Shown: positions 1-9,711, numbered from the stretch's first letter. The stretch: 64,000 nt of DNA from Candidatus Danuiimicrobium aquiferis (GCA_001804285.1 MHFR01000068.1:34383-98382); one strand, 5' to 3'. Translations and numbers: made by a program. The notes: generated from the sequence alone by a model not told the origin.

Positions 1-419
1 AAGAAGGAAGCCGTTCGAAGGAACGCTATTTTTCGCCGCGGGACAGATATAACGAGTGGAACATCGGCGATCAGCCGCCCGAGTTCTGGAACCAATTCAA
101 AACCGACTTTGCGCCGGGGACTCATCTTCGTATTCACCCGCTTCTGGATTGGACGGAATTAAATATTTGGGAATATATTGACCGTGAACATATTCCGATT
201 ACGTCGCTTTATTTTGATCAAGGGAAAGGCGTCCGTTACCGGTCTCTTGGCTGTTATCCATGCACGTGTCCTGTTCAATCGACGGCAAAAAATACAAAGG
301 AAATTATTGAAGAACTGAAAACCGGTAAATTTTCCAATATTGCGGAACGTGCCGGCCGTGCGCAAGACAAAGAAGATTCAGGCGGCCTGGAAACATTGCG
401 CCGCGAGGGGTATATGTAA
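1..419 (+). CDS. cysD: Sulfate adenylyltransferase subunit 2, 3' part (truncated by window edge)
   Basis: Manual translation of frame 3: ...[10 protein letters not shown]...QPPEFWN...[17 protein letters not shown]...[11 protein letters not shown]...LRREGYM*. Stop TAA 417-419 overlaps the cysN ATG. Confidence 0.95.
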   Translation, partial: EGSRSKERYFSPRDRYNEWNIGDQPPEFWNQFKTDFAPGTHLRIHPLLDWTELNIWEYIDREHIPITSLYFDQGKGVRYRSLGCYPCTCPVQSTAKNTKEIIEELKTGKFSNIAERAGRAQDKEDSGGLETLRREGYM

Positions 420-2221
420 TGTCAAGAGAACAAATGAACATTGTCATTGTGGGGCATGTGGATCACGGAAAAAGTACCGTGATCGGCCGTTTGCTTTCGG
501 ACACAAACTCGCTTCCGGAAGGGAAATTGGAGCAGGTGAAGGCAACGTGTGCCCGCAATGCCAAGCCGTTTGAATACGCATTTTTACTGGATGCCTTGAA
601 AGATGAGCGTAGTCAGGGAATTACAATTGATATTGCGCGATGTTTTTTTAAAACAGCGAAACGTGATTATATCATTCTGGATGCGCCGGGGCATATTGAG
701 TTTCTGAAAAACATGGTGACCGGAGCTTCCCGCGCGGAAGCAGCCATCTTGGTCATTGATGCCAAGGAAGGGATCCGTGAAAATACGAAACGTCATGGCC
801 TTTTAATTTCCATGATTGGAATCAAACAGGTGATCGTGCTTGTGAACAAGATGGACCTTATGGAATATTCCCGGGATGTTTTCGAAAGCTTCGTACGGGA
901 TTACGGAAAATTTCTCTCGGAACTTAACGTCACACCGCTTTGTTATATTCCGGTTTCTGCGTTTTATGGCGATAATTTGGTTTCACGGTCTCCGCATATG
1001 CCTTGGTATGAGGGCCCGGACATGTTGAGTCAGTTGGACGTACTGACGAACAAAGAAATTCCCGTGAAACTTCCGTTCCGTTTTCCGGTTCAGGATATCT
1101 ATAAATTTACGGAGGAAGGCGATGACCGTAGAATTTTAGCGGGTACGGTTGAAACGGGTGAAATTCATGTCAATGATGAGGTGCTTTTTCTTCCATCAAG
1201 AAAGAAAAGCCGGATTCAATCAATAGAATTATTTAACGCACCGGTTTTCGAGCGCGCTCAGGCTGGTCAGGCCATAGGGTTTACGGTAACGACCCAGCTT
1301 TATATTCCGCCCGGCGAAATGATGGTTAAAGTTTCTGAGAACCGTTTGCCTAAAATAAGCTGCCGCTTCAAGGCGAATGTTTTCTGGGTCGGAAATACGC
1401 CAATGATCAAGGATAAGGTTTATAAACTTAAAGTTGCGACGGCACGGGTGCCCGTCAAATTAGCGGAAATTGTTCGCGTTGTGGATGCTGCCGACTTGAG
1501 CGCTATGGTGAGTCAGCAGGTGGTCAACCGGCACGATGTGGCAACCTGTATTTTTGAGACGCTCAAACCAATTGCCTACGATCTGGGTCAAGATATCGAA
1601 GGAACGAGCCGCTTTGTCATTGTGGATCATTATGAAATTGCAGGCGGTGGTGTCATTCTCGAAAGTTTGGAAGTTCAGGAAACGGATCTGGAGCGGCATG
1701 TGAAGGATCGTGAGTATCGTTGGGACCGTGGATATGTTTCCCGCGAAGAACGAAAAATCGCTTATTCGCATTGTGGAAAGTTTATTTTATTTACGGGACT
1801 CGACAAAGATGATCGTACGAAAGTACTGGCCAAAACGCTTGAAAGAAAACTGTTTGACAGTGGTTGCAAAGCCTATTACCTTGGTTTTGAAAATTTGGAA
1901 ACCGGCTTGGATGCGGACCAGAATTATGCCCAGGATAGCCGCGAGGAGAAGATCCGGCGGCTTGGCGAGTTAGGGAGAATTCTTACGGATTCGGGTCAAA
2001 TTTTTGTGACGACCATGCCCGATTTAGATGACTACGACATCGGAAATCTTAAAAAGTTGATCAGTCCGTATGAGGCGTTTGTGGTGAATGTGGGGACTTC
2101 GTCCTTTCAAGAATTTAAATCCGACTTAAATATTTCAAAAGCAGACGACCCGCGTGAGGCGATTAACCGGGTTTGCAAATTACTCAAAGAAAAAGAAATT
2201 ATCTTTGAGTATTCGATTTAA
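419..2221 (+). CDS. cysN: Sulfate adenylyltransferase subunit 1 (GTPase) with C-terminal degenerate APS-kinase-like domain (CysNC architecture)
   Basis: [23 protein letters not shown] and NKMD EF-Tu-like motifs. Last ~150 aa resemble CysC but lack the P-loop. Confidence 0.93.
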   Translation: MSREQMNIVIVGHVDHGKSTVIGRLLSDTNSLPEGKLEQVKATCARNAKPFEYAFLLDALKDERSQGITIDIARCFFKTAKRDYIILDAPGHIEFLKNMVTGASRAEAAILVIDAKEGIRENTKRHGLLISMIGIKQVIVLVNKMDLMEYSRDVFESFVRDYGKFLSELNVTPLCYIPVSAFYGDNLVSRSPHMPWYEGPDMLSQLDVLTNKEIPVKLPFRFPVQDIYKFTEEGDDRRILAGTVETGEIHVNDEVLFLPSRKKSRIQSIELFNAPVFERAQAGQAIGFTVTTQLYIPPGEMMVKVSENRLPKISCRFKANVFWVGNTPMIKDKVYKLKVATARVPVKLAEIVRVVDAADLSAMVSQQVVNRHDVATCIFETLKPIAYDLGQDIEGTSRFVIVDHYEIAGGGVILESLEVQETDLERHVKDREYRWDRGYVSREERKIAYSHCGKFILFTGLDKDDRTKVLAKTLERKLFDSGCKAYYLGFENLETGLDADQNYAQDSREEKIRRLGELGRILTDSGQIFVTTMPDLDDYDIGNLKKLISPYEAFVVNVGTSSFQEFKSDLNISKADDPREAINRVCKLLKEKEIIFEYSI

Positions 2222-2303
2222 GTAATAGTACATAAATCATTGTGCATTTGAATATCCTGTCATTCCCGAATGCTGGAATGCACAAATACTTATGCACTAT
2301 TAC
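2222..2303. repeat. MITE-like element with 27-bp imperfect terminal inverted repeats and an internal partial TGTCATTCCC palindrome
   Basis: GTAATAGTACATAAATCATTGTGCATT (2222-2248) and AATGCACAAATACTTATGCACTATTAC (2277-2303) enclose TGTCATTCCCGAATGCTGGAAT. Confidence 0.7.
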
Positions 2304-2350
2304 GTAGAGGTTCATTGGGGGCGGCTGGTTTTTTTTGAGACAATACGGAT

Positions 2351-3064
2351 ATGCGAAAAAATAAAGGGAAGGTTTTTTTAGTGGGATTCGGCCCAGGAGC
2401 GCCGGACTTGATCACGCGCCGGGGCGAGGAAGCGCTGTCGCGCGCGGAGGTGATTTTTTATGATCATTGGGTGGATCGCCGTTATCTCAGAAAATTCCAG
2501 GCTGAAAAAATTTATGTCGGCAAGCAAAAAGGGAAACACGGAAGGCCCCAGGATGAGATAAATGAGCTCTTGTATCAAGCTGCCCGGGACGGGAAATGCA
2601 TTGTACGGTTAAAGGGAGGTGACCCCTTTATTTTTGGACGGGGCGGCGAAGAACAGGAATATCTGGAAGCGCGATCAATAAGGGTTGTCGTCATCCCGGG
2701 CGTGACTGCAGCGCTTGCGGCAGCGGCGTGTGCCGGGATTCCGTTAACGCATCGAGGGGTTTCTTCTTCTGTTGCCTTTTGTGCAGGGCATCCGACAGAT
2801 AAAATTCAGACACCATGCGTTGATACAATTGTTTATTATATGGCCGGATCCAACGCTATGGAAATTATGGACCGGTTGATTCGGAATGGATGGGATAAAG
2901 AAACGCCGGTGGCATTTATTAGCAATGCAACGCTTCCCATGGAGAAAATAAGGATAAGCACTTTGGAAAAAGAAATCGGAAAGCAAAAGAGAGTTCAGAC
3001 GCCGCTGATCATGATTGTGGGGAAAACCGTTGGCATGGCAAAAGAACCCGAAAAAGAGGAATGA
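2351..3064 (+). CDS. cobA: Uroporphyrinogen-III C-methyltransferase (SUMT)
   Basis: GKVFLVGFGPGAPDLIT, VRLKGGDPFIFGRGGEE, IPGVTA, GIPLTHRG. Confidence 0.95.
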   Translation: MRKNKGKVFLVGFGPGAPDLITRRGEEALSRAEVIFYDHWVDRRYLRKFQAEKIYVGKQKGKHGRPQDEINELLYQAARDGKCIVRLKGGDPFIFGRGGEEQEYLEARSIRVVVIPGVTAALAAAACAGIPLTHRGVSSSVAFCAGHPTDKIQTPCVDTIVYYMAGSNAMEIMDRLIRNGWDKETPVAFISNATLPMEKIRISTLEKEIGKQKRVQTPLIMIVGKTVGMAKEPEKEE

Positions 3065-3068
3065 AAAT

Positions 3069-3542
3069 TTGAAATATTATCCTGTCTGTTTGAATTTGGT
3101 TCGTCAAAACGTATTGATTGCGGGTGCGGGGCAAGTAGCCGAACGCAAGATCAAGGCCCTTTTGAAATTTAAGCCTCGCCTTAAGGTGGTTTCGCCCTTG
3201 GCGGTACCGGCTATTATTCAATTGGCCCGGAATCGAAAATTAGATTGGTTAAAAAGGAAATATCAAACATCGGATCTTAATCAAGTTGTTTTGGTGGTAG
3301 CCGCGACTTCAGATCGGGCAACGAATGGGAAAATAAGTCGGGATGCAAAAAAGAAAAAAATTTTGGTGAATGTAGTTGACGAATCCCGGCTAAGCAATTT
3401 TATTTCGCCGGCTGTTTTTCAAAAAGGAAAAGTGATTGTTGCAGTATCCACCGATGGCCGCGAGCCAAAACTATCGAGGGATCTTAAAAATTTTATTAAG
3501 GAATATTGGGATGAATTTTTATCGTTTCGGCGTAGAGGATAG
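3069..3542 (+). CDS. sirC: Precorrin-2 dehydrogenase / siroheme synthase N-terminal domain
   Basis: YYPVCLNL, GAGQVAERK Rossmann motif, VNVVD, VAVSTDG. Start reassigned to TTG 3069 after GAGGA. Confidence 0.85.
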   Translation: MKYYPVCLNLVRQNVLIAGAGQVAERKIKALLKFKPRLKVVSPLAVPAIIQLARNRKLDWLKRKYQTSDLNQVVLVVAATSDRATNGKISRDAKKKKILVNVVDESRLSNFISPAVFQKGKVIVAVSTDGREPKLSRDLKNFIKEYWDEFLSFRRRG

Positions 3543-3594
3543 GACTATATAATTATTAGTGTAATTATTAGTGTTGCACACGGAGGATTAAAAA

Positions 3595-3834
3595 ATGAAA
3601 ATTAAAGTGAACGGCAAAGATCAAGTCATCGATGCGGCATCGCTGACTGTGACGGAATTATTGAAGACAGTCAAGGTGGAATCTCCGGAAATGGTATCGG
3701 TTCAGCTGAACGGAGAATTCCTGAGCAAGGAACATTTTGCTAATAAATATGTGAAAGATGCGGACGAAGTTGATTTCTTGTATTTTATGGCCGGTGGAAT
3801 TGAGGAACTTCCCGTATCGGAATGGAGAAAATGA
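3595..3834 (+). CDS. ThiS/MoaD-like sulfur carrier (HcyS-like) with an 11-aa extension after the GG motif
   Basis: MKIKVNG...VSVQLNGEF...DEVDFLYFMAGG|IEELPVSEWRK; GGAGG RBS. Confidence 0.9.
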   Translation: MKIKVNGKDQVIDAASLTVTELLKTVKVESPEMVSVQLNGEFLSKEHFANKYVKDADEVDFLYFMAGGIEELPVSEWRK

Positions 3835-5069
3835 TGAAAGATTTACGTTTTATTACTAAAATTTTGCATACGAAATATTTAAGAGAAGATTCTCACGGAT
3901 CGTTGCATATGCCGGTCTATGACAATGTGACTTTTGAATTTAAAACCGCCGAAGATTTGGAACTTGCGTTTCAGGGGAAAAAGCCATCTCATATGTATTC
4001 GCGCATCAGCAACCCGACGATTGAACATTTTGAACAGAGGATTAAGTCGGTGACTGGTGCTGTTGGCGTGTTAGCCCTTTCTTCCGGTATGGCTGCTATT
4101 TCTAATACCTTTTTAACCATTGCGAAGGCACAGGATAATATCATTACGAGCAAGCATCTTTTTGGGAACACATATTCTTTATTTGAATATACGTTGAGAG
4201 ATTGGGGTTTGGAAACGCGGTATACGGATTTAACAAAGCCTGATCAAGTTGCTCGCCTAATCGATCATAAGACCAAAGCGATATTTTTGGAGACCATTAC
4301 GAATCCTCAGCTTGAAGTGGCGGATATCAAAGCTTTGTCTGAGATAGCGAAGGCTAAAAACATTTTGCTAATTGCGGATACAACCCTGACGCCGCCCTAT
4401 CTTTTTTCTGCGAGAGAATTTGGTGTAGATATTGAAACCCTCTCAAGTACCAAATGGATTTCCGGAGGGGCGACCAGCGTTGGTGGGTTAATCATCGATC
4501 ATGGTCTTTATGACTGGAAACAAAACGAAAAGTTGCGGCGGGACGTTAATAAATATGGTCCATTTACTTTCATGACCCGCCTCAGGCGCGAAGTTTACCG
4601 GAATATCGGAGCCTGTATGTCACCTCATAATGCGTATCTGCAGAGTTTGGGGCTTGAAACGCTGGCATTACGGCTCGATCAGGCTTGCGTGAACACACTC
4701 AAGATTGCCGGGTTTTTAAAAGAGTCTTCCCACGTATCATCGGTGAATTATCCTGGCCTCAGGGATTCTATTTATTATGAGATTGCGGGAAAACAATTTG
4801 GCGAAAAGTCGGGAGCACTTTTAACGTTTGATTTGACATCGAAAAATCAGTGTTTTAAATTCATGAATAAATTGCAGCTGATTAGAAGAGCCACAAACTT
4901 GCATGACAACAAGACGCTGATTATACATCCGGCATCAACAATTTTTTGTGAGTACGATGACAAGCTTAAACAGGAAATGGGTGTTCGGGATACGATGCTC
5001 AGGCTCGCGGTGGGAATTGAGGACAGCCGGGATTTAATTACTGATATTCAACAGGCGCTGGAGGGATGA
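3831..5069 (+). CDS. metY: O-acetylhomoserine sulfhydrylase-like PLP enzyme (Cys/Met metabolism family)
   Basis: YSRISNPT, SSGMAAIS, ETITNP, SSTKWISG (PLP Lys), LRLAVGIED. Confidence 0.85.
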   Translation: MMKDLRFITKILHTKYLREDSHGSLHMPVYDNVTFEFKTAEDLELAFQGKKPSHMYSRISNPTIEHFEQRIKSVTGAVGVLALSSGMAAISNTFLTIAKAQDNIITSKHLFGNTYSLFEYTLRDWGLETRYTDLTKPDQVARLIDHKTKAIFLETITNPQLEVADIKALSEIAKAKNILLIADTTLTPPYLFSAREFGVDIETLSSTKWISGGATSVGGLIIDHGLYDWKQNEKLRRDVNKYGPFTFMTRLRREVYRNIGACMSPHNAYLQSLGLETLALRLDQACVNTLKIAGFLKESSHVSSVNYPGLRDSIYYEIAGKQFGEKSGALLTFDLTSKNQCFKFMNKLQLIRRATNLHDNKTLIIHPASTIFCEYDDKLKQEMGVRDTMLRLAVGIEDSRDLITDIQQALEG

Positions 5070-5890
5070 TCATGAATTTTAACGAGGAACAGATAGAAAG
5101 ATATAGCCGCCATATTATCTTGAAGGATGTCGGGGTTGAGGGACAGGAAAAAATGATGGCCGGGAAAGTTTTAATTATAGGAACCGGCGGGTTGGGAGCG
5201 CCGGCGGCATTATATTTAGCAGCGGCAGGAGTCGGTGTCATCGGTTTGGTTGATGCGGACAATGTCGAGTTGTCAAATTTACAGCGGCAGGTCATTCACT
5301 TCACCCCTGATGTGAATAAACCCAAGGTGATTTCCGCTAAGGAGAAGATTGAAGCGATCAATCCGGATGTGAAAGTGGTAACGTACCACACGAAAGTGTT
5401 TTCCGAAAATATTACCGGTATCATAAAAGATTATGATTTTGTCATTGACGGGACGGACAACTTTGCGGCCAAATTCCTGATTAACGATGCTTGCGTATTT
5501 GCAGCAAAACCTTTTTCGCACGGTGCAATTTTGCGTTTTAGCGGGCAAACGATTACATATGTGCCGGGCAGTACCTGTTATCGCTGTATTTTTCTAACGC
5601 CGCCGCCGACAGATGCGGTACCCAATTGTTCGCAGGCTGGCATTTTGGGCGCAGTCGCCGGGATGCTTGGAACGATACAGGCTACCGAAGCACTCAAGTT
5701 TCTGATAAAAAAGGGAGAACTTCTTCAAAATCGGCTTCTTACTTTTGATGCTTTGGATATGAAATTTCGAGAAGTTGCCGTTACACGGAATCCTCGCTGC
5801 CCGATTTGCGGGGAAAACCCTTCGATTAAAAAGTTGATTGACGAGGCTCAGCCCGTGTGTAGTTTGAAAAATAAAAATAAGAAAACGTAA
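5066..5890 (+). CDS. moeB: ThiF/MoeB (E1-like) sulfur-carrier adenylyltransferase (HcyF-like)
   Basis: RYSRHIIL, GTGGLG, VELSNLQRQ, DGTDNF, CYRC and CPIC zinc ligands. Confidence 0.92.
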   Translation: MIMNFNEEQIERYSRHIILKDVGVEGQEKMMAGKVLIIGTGGLGAPAALYLAAAGVGVIGLVDADNVELSNLQRQVIHFTPDVNKPKVISAKEKIEAINPDVKVVTYHTKVFSENITGIIKDYDFVIDGTDNFAAKFLINDACVFAAKPFSHGAILRFSGQTITYVPGSTCYRCIFLTPPPTDAVPNCSQAGILGAVAGMLGTIQATEALKFLIKKGELLQNRLLTFDALDMKFREVAVTRNPRCPICGENPSIKKLIDEAQPVCSLKNKNKKT

Positions 5891-5894
5891 TCCC

Positions 5895-6302
5895 ATGAAA
5901 ATAGAAAAACAGATTATCGAACAATTAATTGCTCATGCAAAAAAGGAAGCGCCGCTTGAAGCATGCGGGTACCTCGCTGGGCGTGACCATGTGATAACAG
6001 TTTCTTATGAATTAACCAATCAGGATCAGAGTAGTGAACATTTTTCCTTTGATCCGAAGGAACAATTTTCAGCGGTTAAAGATGCGAGGCAAAAAGGGTT
6101 TGAAATTTACGCAGTCTATCATAGTCATCCGGCCAGTCCCGCGCGTCCTTCTGCCGAAGATATCAAGTTAGCTTATGATCCGGACATACTGTATTTCATC
6201 GTTTCTTTGGCTTCAGGACGAGAAGATGTCCGCGCGTTTGAAATTAAAAACAAGCAAGTTGAATCGGTGAATTTGGAGGTTATTCATCATGAAGGGGTAT
6301 AG
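5895..6302 (+). CDS. JAB/MPN+ (M67) metalloprotease (HcyD/Mec-like)
   Basis: EACG...YHSHPASPARPSAED JAMM motif. Confidence 0.92.
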   Translation: MKIEKQIIEQLIAHAKKEAPLEACGYLAGRDHVITVSYELTNQDQSSEHFSFDPKEQFSAVKDARQKGFEIYAVYHSHPASPARPSAEDIKLAYDPDILYFIVSLASGREDVRAFEIKNKQVESVNLEVIHHEGV

Positions 6303-8664
6303 CATCCCGCCTCAATTAGACGGCGAAATTAACCAGCTTGAGAAACTGATTGAAAAATTCAAGCGCGGCGAAATCACGGCTGTGGAGGTGAAAGCCCATC
6401 GTGTGCCTTTCGGGGTATATGAGCAAAGGGAGTCAGACACGTATATGATGAGAATCCGCTGTGTCGCGGGAATGATCAGCCCTTTGCAATTGGAAAAAGT
6501 TGCCGGGATTGCGACACAATACGGCATCCGTGATATTCATATTACGACCCGGCAAGAACTTCAGATCCATTATGTCAAATTGGAATATCTTGTAGCCATG
6601 ATAAGACAGTTGAAAGAAATTGGCCTGGCCACTAGAGGCGGTGGCGGAAATACCGTGAGAAATATTGTTGCACAGGAGGATGCCGGCATTAATCCTTTGG
6701 AGGAATTTGATGTTTCGCCTTACGCTTTGGCATTGACGAGCCGGATGATTGCCGAGAGTGATTCGTGGAATCTTCCGCGGAAATTTAAAATCGCCTTTTC
6801 CGGCTCATCAGAAGACAAAGGATATGCGACGATTGCCGATGTTGGTTTTATTGCCAAAATAAAAGACGGTAAAAAAGGGTTCAAAGTTTATGCGGCGGGT
6901 GGGTTGGGCGCGAAATCCGAAGTGGGTAAACTTCTTTTGGAATTTATCGGGGCGGACGAAGTATTCGCAGTCACAAAGGCTTTGAAGAATGTTTTTTTCA
7001 AATACGGCAATCGTAAGAACAAACACGCGGCACGCCTTCGGTTTTTATGGCAGAGCCTTGGCGACGAGGAATTCAGAAAAAAATTCCAGGAAGAATATAA
7101 AAAAAACAAACAGGATGAGGTTTTGCCGTTAGTTATCGAGGAAATAGAAAGTGAAGGTGTTTCTGACAAGCTATTGCCAGAAGAACCTGAAAGCGTATCC
7201 GATTTTACATTGTGGAAGGGACGATATGTCAAGACACAGAAGCAGGCGGATTTCGTCTCGATAATGATTCCTGTGGAGTTGGGTTTCATTTCGTCCGACC
7301 AAGCAAGAAAATTAGGGCATTTTCTCGCTCCATTCGGCGATAACGTGCTACGAATGACGAAGAATCAGAATTTTCTGCTAAGAAATATCCCCAAGAAGTA
7401 TTTAGGCAATATATACAATTTTTTAAAAGATATTTTTCATGGAATCAGCCGTCCGACGATTTACGGAAAGATTTTATCTTGCGCCGGGGCAGCCACATGC
7501 CAGTTGGGGATTTGTTTGTCACGCCAGGCAGCCAAAGCCGTCATGAAAGATCTTGGAGAAAGCGGTCTCAATTTGGACGATGCGGGAGATATTAAGATTA
7601 ATATTTCCGGTTGCCCCAACTGTTGCGGACAGCATCTGGCGGCTGATCTTGGGTTTTCCGGGAAAGCCTTGCGGAAAGAAGGACGGTTATATGCTGCCTA
7701 TAATGTTTTTGCGGGAGCTGTTATTTATGATGGCCGGACGAAATTTGCTGAACACGTCGGAGAAATTGCTGCGAAACATATGCCGGCTTTTGTGAAAGAT
7801 TTTCTGAACATCTATTTATTCAAAACGAAACAATATAAAAACATTCAAGAATATCTCCTGCGAGAGGGGACGAAAGAATTAAAAAAGCTTTGCCTTCATT
7901 ATAAAGGAATACCCGGTTTTGAAGAAGACAAAAACTTTTATTTCGACTGGGATGCCGACAGCTTGTTTTCACTCGCCGAACGCCGGGCGGGTGAATGTTC
8001 TGCCGGTTTTTTTGACTTGATTCAAGTGGATTTGAATCATATTCATGAAACACGGAAGATACTTGCGGCCGAACAGACTGGTGAGACCGAGAAAAAGAAA
8101 CTTCTGTATGATCTTATATTTTATTCGTGCAGAATGCTCCTGATTACCCGTGGCATTGAGCCGAAAAATGAAAGCGAAGTTTTCGAAACATTTCAGAAAC
8201 ATTTTATCGATACGGGTTTTATCGCTGTGGCGTTTAAAGAGTTGATGACTTTAGCTCTACATAAGAATTACCAAACATTGCTGGATCGGGAAAACGATGT
8301 GTCCCGTTTTTCGAAAGACGTGGAAGCGCTATATGAGAATATGGATAATAGCTTCAATTTTAAAAGGCCTGCTCCTGAGTTTGTTACACATGAAAGTGAA
8401 AGAGTTGTTTCTTCAAAAGAAAAAGCTGCTGATCGTCCGGCGGTGCTGAAAGATTTACGAGGAGTTGTTTGTCCCTTAAATTTTGTGAAAACGAAAATTG
8501 AACTTTCTAAACTGAAACCGGGTGATATTCTGGAAATATGGCTTGATGACGGCGAGCCCATCGAAAATGTGCCCGGTTCTGTAAAAGCCGAAGGTCATGA
8601 GATTGTTGAGAGAAAGAAAATAGGCGATCATTGGTCAGTGATCATCGAGAAAAAGGTGACATAA
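6289..8664 (+). CDS. sir: Ferredoxin-type siroheme sulfite reductase fused to a HEPN-like region and a C-terminal SirA/TusA sulfurtransferase domain
   Basis: GVYEQR, TTRQELQ, LPRKFKIAFSG; CAGAATC and SGCPNCCGQH cluster/siroheme ligands; C-terminal DLRGVVCPLNFVKTK. Confidence 0.9.
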   Translation: MKGYSIPPQLDGEINQLEKLIEKFKRGEITAVEVKAHRVPFGVYEQRESDTYMMRIRCVAGMISPLQLEKVAGIATQYGIRDIHITTRQELQIHYVKLEYLVAMIRQLKEIGLATRGGGGNTVRNIVAQEDAGINPLEEFDVSPYALALTSRMIAESDSWNLPRKFKIAFSGSSEDKGYATIADVGFIAKIKDGKKGFKVYAAGGLGAKSEVGKLLLEFIGADEVFAVTKALKNVFFKYGNRKNKHAARLRFLWQSLGDEEFRKKFQEEYKKNKQDEVLPLVIEEIESEGVSDKLLPEEPESVSDFTLWKGRYVKTQKQADFVSIMIPVELGFISSDQARKLGHFLAPFGDNVLRMTKNQNFLLRNIPKKYLGNIYNFLKDIFHGISRPTIYGKILSCAGAATCQLGICLSRQAAKAVMKDLGESGLNLDDAGDIKINISGCPNCCGQHLAADLGFSGKALRKEGRLYAAYNVFAGAVIYDGRTKFAEHVGEIAAKHMPAFVKDFLNIYLFKTKQYKNIQEYLLREGTKELKKLCLHYKGIPGFEEDKNFYFDWDADSLFSLAERRAGECSAGFFDLIQVDLNHIHETRKILAAEQTGETEKKKLLYDLIFYSCRMLLITRGIEPKNESEVFETFQKHFIDTGFIAVAFKELMTLALHKNYQTLLDRENDVSRFSKDVEALYENMDNSFNFKRPAPEFVTHESERVVSSKEKAADRPAVLKDLRGVVCPLNFVKTKIELSKLKPGDILEIWLDDGEPIENVPGSVKAEGHEIVERKKIGDHWSVIIEKKVT

Positions 8665-8990
8665 AAAAAGGAAAAGTATATTTAATCAGCGCCGGGCCAT
8701 ATCTCAGCTTATTCGCAGAGAAAGATTAATGCGTGGATGGTCTGATAAGGCCAACGCAGGAAAAATGTTGTGCGGCTGAAAAATGGTGATCCTTTTATTT
8801 TCAGCTGGATCTCTCAGGAAATGGAAGCCTTGCGGGAAAGTCATATCGGGTTTGAAGTCGTTCCGAGAATTACTGCAGTTCAAACAGCCGCGGTTTTTCC
8901 GGGCAGCTTTGACCAACACGCTTTATGCAGCTGATGAGGCCGGAAATTGACGATTCCGCGATAGAAACCTGAGGCGAACAAAATGGGTTC
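8665..8990 (+). pseudogene. cobA: Decayed second cobA/SUMT copy
   Basis: Fragments across frames: KKGKVYLISAGP, QRKINAWMV, KNVVRLKNGDPFIF...QEMEALRESHIGFEVVPRITA, LTNTLYAA, with stops, frameshifts and a large internal deletion. 3' end approximate. Confidence 0.8.
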
Positions 8991-9054
8991 ATCTATTGAG
9001 GAGTCTTTTTTTATTTCCGAGTGTGAGCTCGGTCGTTCTATCCCGGCGTATTTG

Positions 9055-9101
9055 TGTCGTTTCTGTGAAAGCAGGAATACGCGTAAAGGGCAGGAATGAC
9101 A
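9055..9101. repeat. Degenerate TGTC-tagged REP-like palindrome
   Basis: TGTCGTTTCTGTGAAAGCAGGAATAC...GCAGGAATGACA. Confidence 0.55.
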
Positions 9102-9416
9102 AAAACGACAACAACTTAACGAATCCCAACCCGATTAATTCTTTACCAGCGATTTGTTTAAAAATTTCCAATAGGATTTTGGCAAGGCTGAAACTTTTTT
9201 TACGCCCGTCCCCTTGGGGGGGGGGAATATCATTGTAATTTGTGGTTTGAAAAAAACCGAGGACAGTTGTGAAGCATTTACTTGAAAAAAGATTAATTTC
9301 GTGTAATATCTCCGTTGTAAAATTTTCTCCTAATATTGTCATAAAATATTCGCTCAAGAGGCGAAAATTTTGGCACAAATTGGGCACAAGCGATTTTTGT
9401 TCTTTTCAATTTTTTT

Positions 9417-9473
9417 TGTCATTCCCACGCGCTCTTAGCGGGAATCCATGGTTACAGATTCCCGATAAAAGCA
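9417..9473. repeat. TGTC-tagged REP-like dimer, right arm truncated
   Basis: TGTCATTCCCACGCGCTCTTAGCGGGAATCCA...AGATTCCCGATAAAAGCAC. Confidence 0.75.
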
Positions 9474-9486
9474 CGGCGGAGCAGTG

Positions 9487-9661
9487 CAGTCCCTGAGCTT
9501 TCTATAAAGAATAGCTTATGAGTAATTAATGTAGCTCAGGGACAGCCATGATTTTCATTGAAATATACTTGGGATTATAAATAGGGAATCATGACAGACC
9601 TTGAGATTCCTATAAAAAATGACATATGGTAACTCAAGGACAGACGCACAGGTCTGTGCGT
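9487..9661. repeat. Array of four hairpin units joined by CAG
   Basis: CAG-TCCCTGAGCT..AGCTCAGGGA-CAG-CCATGATTTTC..GGGAATCATGA-CAG-ACCTTGAG..CTCAAGGA-CAG-ACGCACA..TGTGCGT. Confidence 0.75.
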
Positions 9662-9669
9662 GTTTTTTT
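9644..9669 (+). terminator. Intrinsic terminator-like hairpin
   Basis: ACGCACA-GGTC-TGTGCGT followed by G and a T7 run. Confidence 0.55.
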
Positions 9670-9711
9670 AGATTGGCGGATTTTTGATGAATTTATAAGG
9701 CTTTTTGATAT

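Noticed and set aside
3595-6302. Ubiquitin-like protein conjugation or anti-phage (E1/JAB) system
   Set aside because: There is no E2, and the genes are embedded with MetY and Sir, which a sulfur relay explains.
9216-9225. G10 tract as a phase-variation switch
   Set aside because: It is intergenic and not within a credible gene or promoter spacer.
9371-9389. Sigma54 promoter (TGGCAC)
   Set aside because: No TTGC at the -12 position; better described as a short direct repeat.
8704-9496. ORFs 8704..8919(-), 8989..9387(-), 8996..9238(+) and 9269..9496(+) as genes
   Set aside because: The first is the antisense shadow of the cobA pseudogene. The others run through AT-rich or repeat DNA with no recognisable motifs.
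9487-9661. CRISPR array
   Set aside because: No identical 23-47 bp repeats with unique spacers and no cas genes; only CAG is constant.
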